A stretch of 64,000 nucleotides of DNA from Isurus oxyrinchus. Lineage: Eukaryota. Made by a program: the position numbers and the translations under genes. Shown piece after piece: positions 9,767 through 21,830 of this stretch. The notes under the pieces were generated by a model that was not told where the DNA came from, did not search any database, and was given only the letters and a program-made list of their open reading frames with translations. Position 1 is the stretch's first letter. The number at the start of each line of letters is the position of its first letter. The DNA is taken from NCBI GenBank assembly GCA_026770705.1, contig JANJGN010000022.1, positions 14,074,001-14,138,000 on the forward strand, read 5' to 3'.

Positions 9767-11989
9767 GTTAGTCAGTCATGAATAAAAATAACTCACTTCA
9801 TTTGGCAGTCAATTACCATTATTTTAATATATTTGCATTGTTTTAATACCAATTTTGGAGGTTTGAGCAGAAGTATTGCAGTGTTTTTAAAATCATCTTT
9901 CATATGTTTCACATCTTTCTAGTTTTGGTTGTATGCCTGTGAAATTGTCTGCCTTTGAGGATTATGATAGTTTTAAACCGGGTTTGTTAAATGACAGCAA
10001 AGTGCAGTTGTTTTGGAATTAATCTTGGTAGTTGTTGAAAACATAAAAAAGCCTAGGAAATGTTTACAGATCTGTCAGCAGGAAAGTCTAAGCTTTCTCA
10101 TGGGCATCTGTTTCAACACTCCTATTGAAAAGACAGTGGTAAATTCTGTGCTTGAACTTCATTGATCAAGGGGCAGAGTTTCGGACACAACACAAGCTAG
10201 GAAAAAAACTTTCACAAAACAGGAGACACGATGTCAAGATCCACTGTTAGAATTTAATTAATACAATACTGAGGTGTAGCTCTGGCTCTTAAAAACTCCT
10301 TGCATTGTGAATACCGACTGAAGAACCACCAGCAACTCTTGTGGTGTTATGTTCTGGTTATGATCTTGAAGGTGGCTTCCATTGTTAAATAGTTATTGAG
10401 TCACTGACTGAAAAATAGTTTTCTTAAGAACTTCCAGACTTATACCAGTTTCCAGCCACCATCAGCCATTTTATCCAGTGGGATACATCTGCAACTGTAG
10501 CAATAAAGTCAGGCTCTTTTTATAATGGGCGGCTGATCCACAGTGTCATCTAACTCGAGTATTTACATTTTGAGACACCCTGTCAAGAGTTAGATATTTG
10601 TAACTAAAGAGAGTATGGTACATTTGTGGAGAGGGGTTGTGCAATATGTTACCATAGTTCTCCGTATTGTATAGCATTGAATATATTGTAATTTTCCCAC
10701 TGTGTCCAATTCCTCAATAAACTTGCAATGTTTTGGTTGCTTCTTTCTCAAACAATGAGTTAACTGCTCTCTCAACAATGAGCTAACAGAAGTTAAGGTT
10801 GCTCCTGTGAAACATCAAGGGACATTTTTACTACTTTAAAGGTGCCTTATAATTCATCTTGGGGTTGCTGTTGTTACCCACCACTCTAGTGTGAGATTAT
10901 TCATGGTGACTGTGTCGTTATTTTATATTTTAAAAAGTCGTCATCAAGTTAGGATTTCCCATTTCCTTGCTCATCTCAATTTTCCCATTTGCTAAAGCAT
11001 TATGTTGATTTACTGCAGAACTGGGAAGTAAGGTTTCTAAGACAGGGCCAACCTGTAACTTGTTTGAGAGGATGTAGTGCTGTGCAGCTTTAGATAGGAT
11101 CTAGCTATTCTGAGTGTAAATTGGTCTTGGATTGGTTCTTTCGAATGATTAATGGAGTGCCAGCCAGAGGCAGCAGTTTTCTGAACAAGGCTGTTTCTTT
11201 TTTTTGTTCTGTATTACAGCCAAACATCACTCTTGGCAGCCTTCTCAAGATGCCAACAAATAATTGCAAGGATGTGGGTCAGCGTTATAACACAAGTTCC
11301 CATTCCTATTGCCACAACTGAAAATCTTCCAAGCTGATCCAGATCTCTCTCCCTCAACTACACATCCTTAATAGAATGAAGTTCACTTGGGGTATAAAAT
11401 CCACTTAGTATTGGGCACAGAGCTCTTTACCAGCTGCACAACTAGTGTGACCCACTATCCAGGATTGGATAAAAAGTATATTCCCATCTTTCGGCGCAAG
11501 ATTCCTGTAACTTCATATGTTTGCATATAAGTTTAGCAATTTTGCAGTGATATTGCAACTATGAATGAAATAAATTTTAATTAATTTCCTGTTAAATTTA
11601 AAACTACAGCACACAACTGCCTTTTAAATCAGTTGTAGTGAGTATGAATTTAACATTCTCAGCCGGAGTGATCACAAAGATTGTTGGCACGAAGCAGCAG
11701 TAGACAGTTTCGGACTCCTGATGATGGTGTTCAAGTGGAATGAGTGACTAATACAGTGGAGCTGTAGTTTTATAGGATACAAATGGAACTTGAAGTAGTT
11801 TGTAATTATTGGATGCAAAGTGCAAATATTCCTGTTCTTTCCATTACATGATCAGAAATGAGCACACTTTGTGCTACATTTCATTCCTTCTTAATCATTC
11901 AGGTCTGTCTCTTAATTGAAATGAAAGCTTCATTCTTCTCTGAAATGGGAACAATACAGGTTCTAAGTCAATCTGTTTGTTTTTTCTAG

Positions 11990-12171
11990 AGCGTCCATTT
12001 TACAAGAGAGTAAAACGCTTCTGAAGGGCCGAGCAGTGTCAGACCAAGCTATTGCAGAGGCTCTTTGTTCCATAATGCTCCTGGAAGATAGTTCACCACG
12101 CCAAGCTCTCGCTGATTTCCTTCTAGCTAGAAAATCAGCGATTCAGCAGTTACTTAATCAACCCCACCATG
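11990..12171 (+). CDS. COG1: COG1 exon 3 (182 nt)
   Basis: Acceptor TTTTTTCTAG; ASILQESKTLLKGRAVSDQAIAEALCSIMLLEDSSPRQALADFLLARKSAIQQLLNQPHH; donor ATG|GTGAGC. Confidence 0.95.
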
Positions 12172-12390
12172 GTGAGCACCAGACCTAGTCTTATTTCTGT
12201 AGAAAAAGTAGTCCTATTTGAATCTATTCTTTGGATAAATGACAAAGGAAAACTGTATTTATTGTAACCAATTATTAGGGCTGATCCTAATGGATTACAA
12301 ACTCTGTCCTTTCTTGATGTTACTTGTAAGGATTGAAAAGTTTATTCACATGTTGAACCTTACAGAAATTAATTAATGTTATGTCTTTAG

Positions 12391-12561
12391 GTGCTGGTAT
12401 TAAGGCACAGGTATGTTCACTTGTTGAACTGTTAGCCACCACATTGTATCAGGCTCAAGCTGTGTTTTATACACCGACTGAAGGAAAAGTGCCAGATACC
12501 ACACTGACCAGCGGCCTTCTCTTTAACACGTTGGCATCCATCACAAATGAGTCTTCAGCAG
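12391..12561 (+). CDS. COG1: COG1 exon 4 (171 nt)
   Basis: Acceptor GTCTTTAG; GAGIKAQVCSLVELLATTLYQAQAVFYTP...; donor CAG|GTATGT. Confidence 0.95.
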
Positions 12562-13471
12562 GTATGTGGGTCTGTCAATGCCAGTTGCTTTAGAAATTGT
12601 TTCTAAACTTGTTAAATGCCTACAGAAATTATTCTAGAACTTGGTTGCTTGCTGACTGACAACTGTTTGACAATTGACAGCAGAAGTGGGTGACAAATGG
12701 AATAAACTCTGGCAGAGGTCTAGTGACTAGCATTGTTCTGTAGGTCCCCATACTATTTCCTCTTTTTGAAAATAATATGTAACAGTATTTCTTGTAATGT
12801 AAAATTCTCTGAATATGCTTAGCTGTCTGGTCAAATAGTGAGTGCAAACTTGCTTTTCCAAAGGATTAGTGGTATGTGTAACAGATAGGCTAGGTTGGAT
12901 CATGATCTGAGCTGAATTGTTGATCTTTCTTGGCAGAAATAGTGGATATGGGGATGGGAGTGAGTAGATGGGAAGCGAAAAACAGATTTGGTTAAAGCTC
13001 CTGATAACAATCCAGTGACTCCTGTTGAAAAAGCTTGCATGTTGATACTGTTGACTTAAGACACGGTTGTACTCCAGTATTACGCCTCCTGTGATCCACT
13101 GGTCTGGCTTCTTTCACCAAATTTACAAGAAGGATTGCTTACATGAGATACTAGAATTGGAGAGATACAAGCAATCCTAGGAAGATACTTCAGCTTGAGT
13201 TTGCCCACGTGTCTTATCAGGGTTTAAAAGTGTCAGCAGCATAACTTGGAGCTAATTGTTCCTGCTACACTAAAGAAAGCACTGTTATATAATAATAGCA
13301 TTGGATTCTGTGTCTTGTCAAAAATCAGTAATGTGAGAGCTGCAGCTTTAAATCCAGTTAACTGAGATAGAAGATCATTGCATTTAGGCAGTATGCGCGT
13401 TTGGAAATACTGGTGAGAATATTTCTTTGTATTCACAGGTAACTAAACACATCTTTGCTTAACCTTTGCAG

Positions 13472-13628
13472 ACAGAGGAATCACAGTGTTAAAAGATGAG
13501 ATGAAATCAGAGACCTGGTTCAAATATTTACCACCTTCTATTGTGGATTTTCAGCCGCTTCTTAGGACACTCGCTCATCCAATAAACCGTGATTACCTGA
13601 GAGACACTCTTCAGCAATGGATCAACAT
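13472..13628 (+). CDS. COG1: COG1 exon 5 (157 nt)
   Basis: Acceptor CCTTTGCAG; RGITVLKDEMKSETWFKYLPPSIVDFQPLLRTLAHPINRDYLRDTLQQWIN; donor CAT|GTAAGC. Confidence 0.93.
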
Positions 13629-15455
13629 GTAAGCAAGTGGATTTTATTTACATACTGAAGAGCAGAAACCAGTAACAGAATAAAACACTGTGGGTTAACT
13701 GCCAAAATTACATTTAACAGCAAATGTAAAAAGCTCATGGATTTCTTCACTCCTAAGATTAAGATCATTGAACAGTTTGTACTGTCTCCTTCCTTTTTGT
13801 GCTTGTTTCTCTTTACTCTGAGCCTCCAGCAGTGTCTGTTTTTCAAAATTATTTTAAAAAAAGATAGCATACACATTTCAGAAACTTTTATTCAGGTGAA
13901 TTTAATATTGGGCTTTTTTAAAACAGGAGCTGTTGATGTGTTTGTATGCATAGCTGGTTAAAGAGAAAAACTGAGACACAACTTCAAGTGTGATAGACTG
14001 CTGATTACACACTTGTGCAGTGTTCCCTCTAAGATGCACTTGTGCCTGTGGTCATGTAGCAATCTGGAATGTATCGCATATTGAAATAAACAGGCTGCTC
14101 TGTTCATCAGGAGAAATTCCAGCATTATGTCAGTCGTGGCTTTTAAAGCGCATATTGCCCATGGACAAAAAGTCATATATGAAGGAGTTTGTAACCTACC
14201 CGATGCAAAGGAATTGCAATAATTTATATTATGGCGAAAATTCCAAATGCTTTATTTTCTCTGGCAGAAATTAAATTCTGCCTCAGCCAATAGAAGTAAA
14301 ATAATGTATTTTTTTTGTGTATGATCTGAAGACAAACTGGTATTTCATTATGAAAGGAAATCAGCATTTGCTTAGTCTCACTAGCTCACCACATATGGGA
14401 GGCTACAGTTCATTCAAATGGAAAGCCCAAACATTCCTTCTTCCAACATCTGTGGTTTGCCCTATATTATGTCCTCTTATCAACTTAAGCCCGTAACTTC
14501 TGACACAGACTATAAAGAAGGTTGTGTTTGCTGCCAGTGTTGTGCATGCGCAGTTGTACTGATGTGGTGTCATTGTGAGCAACGGGTTCCATTTGCTGGT
14601 GATGTCTGTGTACACCACATTACTGATTTCACTGTTTTTCAATGAAGTGACCTATTGTATTTGTAGCCATTCAAATTTAAATTGTCTAATCTTGGTTCAA
14701 AGGTTCATACAATTGCCTTATGGCATTCTAATTTTCATCTGATTCCCTACAGCAATGCAGTAGCCCAAGAGGCTGATAAGTAAAAAGCAAGCCATGTCAG
14801 AATGTAGGGTTATTTTCCCTTGCGAACTCAAATGCCTCATTTTCTTTCTTGTTAAACATAAGATAAAGTTGATAATATAAGGTTATGTAGTTATCTAAAG
14901 CTGGTAACAATGGGAAAATTGGATTATTCCAGAAACTGATGAAGCTCTGGCACAATTCGATTGTGGAGCAGTGTTCTTAAAGTTTGTGTGGCACTACACT
15001 TGCTCTCATTGTGCTATATATGCAGTTGCATTAAGAGTTTCTTCAGCATTTGAAAGAAAAGTAAGGCATAACACATGAGATGGTTTGGGAGTTGGTTCCT
15101 ATGTGGCAAATTACAGCTTTAATTGCCTTGGTACAGAATAGGCAAATACTCAGGCTATGCAATAAATCAACACTTTGGCTCCTGCTCCTGTTCCTGCTTC
15201 CCCACTCTGACCATAAATCAAAGCCATACACTGGGGCATAGCATCATTGGTTATTGGCTTGCTCAGAAAACCAATACACACGCAGATCTGTCTCGACGGC
15301 CATCTTTGCGGTAGCAGGAGACAGCATATAAAGAAGGCTGCCATTGAGTCAAGCTGATGGAAACTAATGCTTTTGTAACATAACACAGCAATAAACTAAG
15401 TTGGAAATGTTTATTCACAAATACATTTTACCATAACCCTATCCTCCCCCTCCTA

Positions 15456-15735
15456 CAGGTACCATGCCCTAAGAGAGCACTGGTGACCATGAACTTCCAT
15501 TAGATTGGCTTGGCAAAGTACTGCAGTGGTTTACCATTGCCTTCAGTATGGCTGACCGGAAGACTGTCTCGCTCTTACCACCTGCCATCAGGCATATTGG
15601 AAGGACTTACAGGCTGTTAATCAACCTGTTTGGCCACATTATGAACTCTCATGTGGCCATCAAGTCTGAAGTGGAACTTGAGCCTGGAGTTTCTGGTCCA
15701 GGGACAGGGATCCTACCCACTGAACCACTAGACCT
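15456..15735 (-). mobile_element. tRNA-derived SINE with RTE-like 3' tail
   Basis: Minus strand begins AGGTCTAGTGGTTCAGTGG (A box) with GGCTCAAGTTCC (B-box-like); later GCAATGGTAAACCACTGCAGTACTTTGCCAAG resembles RTE-partner SINE tails. Confidence 0.6.
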
Positions 15736-16129
15736 TACATAATCCTATACCATTAATAAATTACATGCTTGATTGGTTCTTGGGATCTGCTTTAGCACTT
15801 ATTTTAGATAAAACCTTCACTTTTCATTCATTACCATGAATTTCCATGACATTGGCACTCTATGTGACTACAAATTCTGTGTACAAGGTGGCAATAGAAT
15901 GGGAGGGATTCTAGAATTTTGTTCCATAGCCACTTAGTAGTCAGAGCATGCTCTTGTATCATAATGGTCAATATGGCAAAACAGATTGGGGAATATTAGT
16001 ACAGTATAGCAATTTAAAAAGTTATATGTTGATAGAAACATGTAGCTAACGATCATGCAAACGAAGTAAAATTTGTGAAAGTAAAGTGCGTGCCCTATAC
16101 TTGATCAAGACTTTAATTTTCTTTAAAAG

Positions 16130-16340
16130 GTGTAAGGATGACATAAAGATGGGAATTGGAAACCTGTTGATCTACGTGAAAAGTCTGAAGGGTCTTGCTG
16201 GAATTAGAGATGCAGTGTGGGAACTCCTAACTAGTGAATCAATAAGTCAGAACTGGGAAACTGTGTGCTGTCGACTACTGGAGAAACCTTTCTCCTTCTG
16301 GGAGGATTTCCTTCAGCAGCTCTTCCTTGACAGATTGCAG
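16130..16340 (+). CDS. COG1: COG1 exon 6 (211 nt)
   Basis: Acceptor TTTTCTTTAAAAG; CKDDIKMGIGNLLIYVKSLKGLAGIRDAVWELL...FLDRLQ; donor CAG|GTAGAT. Confidence 0.95.
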
Positions 16341-16814
16341 GTAGATAACATCAGCCATATCCTGATAAATGCAAACAACTTTTGTGCTTTTTAGTGATTG
16401 AGGTTCTTTCTCAAACTGAGTGGTTGTTAACCTGCAGCTAGTAATTTCTTGTATTCTGTATAGTGATAGGGTAAACGTATTTATCTGTGAATTTAGAAAA
16501 AGAAATGATCCACTCCTGTGGCTCCAAAATAACCATAGAAGATGGGTTTCAAAGGTTAAGATCAGGAGAATTGGTCTGTATTTTATAATTAGTAAGTTGT
16601 GAAAAATCAAGCTAAAAATTATGTTTTATTTACCTCTTTTATAATTCCAGCAATCTGACATTACACAGGGAGACATAGGGTATCTGATTCATCAGAGAAC
16701 TTCTTGTCATATGTTAAGTTACAGAACAAATCTGCTTATTGTTTATTATTACGTGGATCATTAACTTCAGCCCTAGCCATTGATGTCACTTTCTTGGGCT
16801 GTTCCAGATTGTTT

Positions 16815-17500
16815 GCAGCCTTGGTGTCATATTTGAGATTGAGCTGAGCTTCTGATCTTAGACCCTTTTTATCAGCAAGAACATCTGCTTCCACATCTGT
16901 GACATTAACTATTTCTGCCTCTACTTTAACCCATCTGCCGCTGAAACTCTCATCCAGTCCACTGCGATTTCCAACCTCAATTATTCCAGTGTTTTCCCAA
17001 TTTACCTTCTATCTCTCCCTTCTATAAACTTTCACTAATCCATAACTCTGACTATTTCCTTTCCTTTACCAGATTTTGCTCTCCCATCACCCCTGCTCAC
17101 ACTGACCTACATTGGCTTCCAATCCTTTCAAGGCCTCAAATTTAAACTTCTTATCCTTGTGTTTAACTTCTATCCATAGCTTCATTCCTTCCTATCTCTA
17201 ACCTCCTCCAACGTTGCAACACCCCTCCACCCACTTCCTCTCCCAAGCTCTCTGTTCTTCAGACGCTGCTGTTTTATGCCCCCCCATGTCTCGCCAGTAG
17301 CGGCTTTGTCTCCATTTCCAAGTCATATGCCTGGAACTCTCCATATACCTCGCTACCTCTTCAACTTCCTCTTCCCCCATTAAGATCACTTGTAAAACCT
17401 ACATCTTTGACCAAGCATGGTCATTGCTGCAACATCTCCTCCTTTGGCTTGGTGTTCATTTTATCCTTAAGGATTTGTAAAGACCTACGGGAAGTTTTTC
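16815..17500 (+). mobile_element. L2-type LINE 3' fragment, decayed
   Basis: C/T-rich strand with LGVIF-like, TDLHWLP-like and WNSLP-like remnants and AAAACCTACATCTTTGACCAAGC. Confidence 0.7.
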
Positions 17501-17529
17501 TGCTACAATTATTGTAATTGTAATAGAGC

Positions 17530-17965
17530 TTTGCTATTGAAGCTTTTCACTTGCACTCATTAGGACAGAATTGCAAGAATGCCAAATTTCAAAGGGAACA
17601 AGAAATTTGTACTGCTGAGAAAAGGGTGCTGATTGGTTGGCAAGTAGATTCTGATTGTTTGAGGCATTGCCATGGAGAATGCATCAGGGAACATTTATCT
17701 CCAAGATTTTTAAATTCTAACGAGGCAAGTTGACTCTGGTCAAAGTGTTACCATGGCAAATGCATCAGGGAATAGTTGTCCCCCAAGCTTTTGTTTAATT
17801 GAGAAAGACATAATGCTTGGACGTGTTCTTTTTGTTTGCAGAGGACGGGACCCTGCAAATGAATATATGTAACTTCTAGCAAGTGTAAGTGAGCCACATT
17901 GCGAACCTGACTGAATCTTAAATTGGTTGTTAGTGTAATTCTTAGCACACTCGGGATTAGACAAC
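17530..17965 (-). mobile_element. Penelope-like terminal repeat (family 1), copy B, with internal duplication
   Basis: Reverse complement aligns by eye with 18139-18475 and 49335-49515; hammerhead-like core at 17535-17567. Confidence 0.65.
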
Positions 17966-17984
17966 AATTACTGAACAATCGCAG

Positions 17985-18138
17985 AATTAAAAGTATTTAG
18001 ATGAGTATTTGAAACACCATAGCATACAGAGCTATGGGCCAAGTGCTGGAAAATGGGATTAGAATAGATAGATGCTTGATGGATGGCATGGACATAATGC
18101 GCCAAAGGACCTGTTCTGTGCTGTATAACTCTGACTCT
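17985..18138 (+). mobile_element. CR1-type LINE 3' tail fragment
   Basis: ...TATGGGCCAAGTGCTGGAAAATGGGATTAG...CCTGTTCTGTGCTGTATAACTCTGACTCT. Confidence 0.7.
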
Positions 18139-18475
18139 AATTTAAGATTATCAGTCAGTTTCACAATGTGGCTAAGTTACTCTTGCTAGAATCTACGTAT
18201 ATTCATACATAGGACCCTGTCCTCTGCAAACCAAAAGAACATGTCCAGGCATTGCACCTTTTCAACTAAACTAATGCATAGGGGACAACTGTCCCTGGCG
18301 CATTCCCTATGGTGACGCCTCAACCAATTGGAATCCACTTGTCAACCAATCTGCACCTTTTTCACATGCAATATAAATTTCTTGTTCCCTTTGAAATTCG
18401 GCAATCTTGGGATTTCTGTCCTGATGGGTACAAGATTGAAAGCTTCAGCAACATGTACCTTTTTTCAGCAACAAA
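18139..18475 (+). mobile_element. Penelope-like terminal repeat (family 1), copy A
   Basis: Inverted partner of 17530-17925; CCAAT x2, TATAAA 18372, hammerhead-like core 18417-18450. Confidence 0.65.
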
Positions 18476-18648
18476 GGTATGATATGAATGCTTATTGTCA
18501 CATTGAAACCAAAATCAAGGAATACTGTATCTTATTTTATAAAATTGAAAATGTAATTATAGAATATCAGCAAAGCTTTTATTGTGGATGGTAATTGGGG
18601 ATGTTGGTTCTGTTAGACACATTTAATAAAAGCCCTTCTTTCCTGTAG

Positions 18649-19449
18649 GCACTGACAAAAGAAGGCTTAGAATCCATCTCAAACAGTTCCAAACAGCTCT
18701 TAGTTTCGGCTCTACAGGAACTTCAGGTCAAGAACCCCAGCTCTACTCCCAACAAATCTGTTGAGTTCGAGTATAATGTTGCTGCATTTCTTTGGTCAGA
18801 GAGCAGTAACGATCTTTTATCAGACACTGCCTGGGTCAGCGTTACAAATCGTAGCCAGTTTTTAAAGAGTGGACTCTCTATGAAGGCCCAAGCTCTCACA
18901 CTCTGTGTTCAAAGTTTCTGTTCTGCACTTGACTCCAAATTAAAAGTTAAATTGGATGATTTAGTTATGTACCTTCCACCAGATTCTTCTGCAGTTAAGG
19001 ACAGTTTAAATGATCACTCATCTTCACAACTACAGAATTCAGCATTTGATAGGTACGCTGATACAGCTAAGGTTGAAGAAATGCTACGGACACATTGCCT
19101 TTCTTGTGTACAATACATCCTGGACTGTGTGAAAGCAGAGCTTAAAATGGCAGAAGAGAAATTACAAAATTGCACATACTCGCCTAATGATTGCAGTCTC
19201 AACGCTGTCCTTTTCATGGCACGGTTATGCCAATCTATTGGAGAACTCTGCCCTCACTTAAAGCAGTGTATTTTGGGTAAGTCGAGTAGTAATGACCTGC
19301 TTGTACGTGAGCCCCGTCCTATCAAGAAGCTGGGCAAAGGGAAGCTGCAAGAAATGAAACCAGCACAAGTTAAGTGGCAGGAAGTAAAGGATCAGCTCTT
19401 GCAACAGAGCACGAGTGCTTATAAGATTTGGAATGTTACTATATCAAAG
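18649..19449 (+). CDS. COG1: COG1 exon 7 (801 nt)
   Basis: Acceptor CTTCTTTCCTGTAG; ALTKEGLESIS...FLWSESSNDL...MKAQALTLCVQSFCSALDSKL...LCPHLKQCILGK...WNVTISK; donor AAG|GTCAGT. Confidence 0.96.
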
Positions 19450-21683
19450 GTCAGTGACTACCTGATGTTTGCTTATAAATAGTGTTTTTTTTTACAATAC
19501 TGAATTGTTACGTGAATTCAGGTTTTCATCCTTAAAAATGTAACCAAAGTTTAGAAAGACTGAACCAGAAAAAAATGCTGAATAGTTACAGGGCAATGTG
19601 ATTCATTTTTTTCCCCTTCTGGAAAGTATGTTTGTCCTCAAATGTACTCTGGTCAGCTGTTGTTCTACTCTCCCAGTGCTCTGATTCTCCCTTCTATTTC
19701 CAGTTCAGTCTTCCTTTGCTGATTTGTAATCTCATAGCCCTTTATGTCCTTCTGGGCTATCTCCAATTTTAAATTGGTTTTAGGAACCAGAGTTGAAGTT
19801 GGAAGGAAGGGGTTGTTACATCATTGCACTAAAGGAGGTTTCTATCATTTGTTGCTCTGGGGATGTAATGTTTAGATCATAACATTTCCTTCTGCATGCA
19901 GCCCAGGCTCCTGTTACTGATTTAAAATTAAATACACCCCAGCAAATAGATACTGTGGGAGCTGAGGCTGGGAGCTGAATGAAGAGTTGCCATTCAAATA
20001 TTACAGAGCTGGAAGAATGGATTGTATATAATGCAAATATTTATCTTTTGTTATTATAAGCAGTCTTATTGAGATTTACACAGTCAGAGATGGGCAATTT
20101 CTTCTTTTGCCTGATTTAATTTCATATTTTAACCATATATATTAGGTTTTTGTTCAATTGGGACAATTCCACTTGAACCTAATCTACTGTATTTGTTATC
20201 AAATCCTAATAGGACATACTGGCGACCCTTGCTAAAGTGTGCCTGGAATTCTTTTTCACAGCAAAAAAGTGCGTTTTATAGCCCCTCATTCAAATCTGTT
20301 GATTTAACTGCTATTACAAGTGGTGGATCTGTATAAGAAACATGGCGATTTTATTACCTCTGACATCATAAGGCCTTTGATTAATAGCAAAAATTCATAG
20401 CTTCCCCCTAGGAGAGCTCCCAGTGATTGCCCAAGCTGTTGGAAGCATTTTCTTAAATTTTACCTGAAACACTACTCCAGTCGCTTCTCATTGCTGAGGG
20501 ATCCTGGTGTAGTTGAATGCTGCTTGGAGAAATAGAGAGAAGAGAAGGAGGAAGGTTTCAACCACATGGACTAACAGCTGCGTGCTTTCCTTTTGCCAAA
20601 TGTTTCATCTCGCTTTCTAAAATCATGTTGCAATGTAAATGAGAGCATCTGAACAGGAATTTGGGAACTCAAACCTATAGAAAAGCTTTTTACCCTGTTT
20701 TATTCTGTGAATATTTACAGAGACTTTCATGCAGATAATAGAATCAAGCTTTACGTGAAGAAATCCTATTCAAATGTCTTAAGTTTTAAGTTATTATATT
20801 GTAAAATACTAAAGTTTAATTCTTTTATTACACTGACTTTTTCACTGTGACATAAAATGCCTTTTAAGAATTGTATTAAATTGCAACTTTCACCCTCAGA
20901 ACTACCATCTTATTGAATAATTTGCTGAGATTAGGAGCAGTAAACACTTCTAAAAGCAATGACACTGTAGCTTTAATTTTCATTTATTTTGAGGATGCTC
21001 AGTGGGACAAGGAAAAGTTCTGCTAATGATCAGTTTAAAATCATAGTGTGGTCCTGCAATTAATGTGCTATTAAAAGTGACTGGTTTCTACAATGTTCAC
21101 CTGATATAAAATGATAGGTGTGACCTGACATTGAGTTCCACTGTTCCGCCAGGTCATCAGATGCCACTGAAATGAGATGCGGCATTGCAAAGCTAATAAC
21201 AGCAGTGCACGTCTATTTGCAAGGCTCCTACAACTAGGGATGGTGATAAATTATAGCTCAGTCTGAGCAACATTTGTGAGATGAAATGACTTTTGCATGG
21301 TGTTTGTGGCTTGGTAATAACTGAAGGCCACATAACCTGTTGAATAGAGATGTTTTACATACAGGTGCTGCAGATTGTTTGTATTTATGATTGACAGCAT
21401 GCTTTATTAGATTGGATACATATTAAGAAATATGAAGATTGTAAATTTAAGTAACCTTTAAGAGTCTTTAAAAGTTGCAATAGTGAAATTGTAGAATATG
21501 GGGAACATTTCATTTATACTTTGAGAAATTTAATGTAATGTTTTATGATTATGGTGCATTGCGATTGTTACAACTGGAAAGAGAAACACAATTTACTTTA
21601 AGAATGATGTAAAAACTAGTCATTGTACTTTCCTAGTTTTTGTCATTCCTTTATAAAAATATTTTTGATTTCTTTCTTTTAAG

Positions 21684-21830
21684 GCTCTTGTTTACCGTTT
21701 TACTCAAACGTTGCACTCTCAAACAGCTGGAGCTATTTTATCTACAGCCACCAACTGGGATGAAATTGAAATTCAAGAGGAAACAGAAGCTGGAAATAGT
21801 GTTACGTCCAAAATTCGTCTTCCTGTTCAG
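21684..21830 (+). CDS. COG1: COG1 exon 8 (147 nt)
   Basis: Acceptor TTTCTTTTAAG; ALVYRFTQTL...TNWDEIEIQEETEAGNSVTSKIRLPVQ; donor CAG|GTTTGA. Confidence 0.95.

Noticed and set aside
14018-14160. CAGTGTTCCCTCTAAG start resembling a hAT-type MITE (similar words near 61311)
   Set aside because: No convincing second TIR or 8-bp TSD; too decayed to call.
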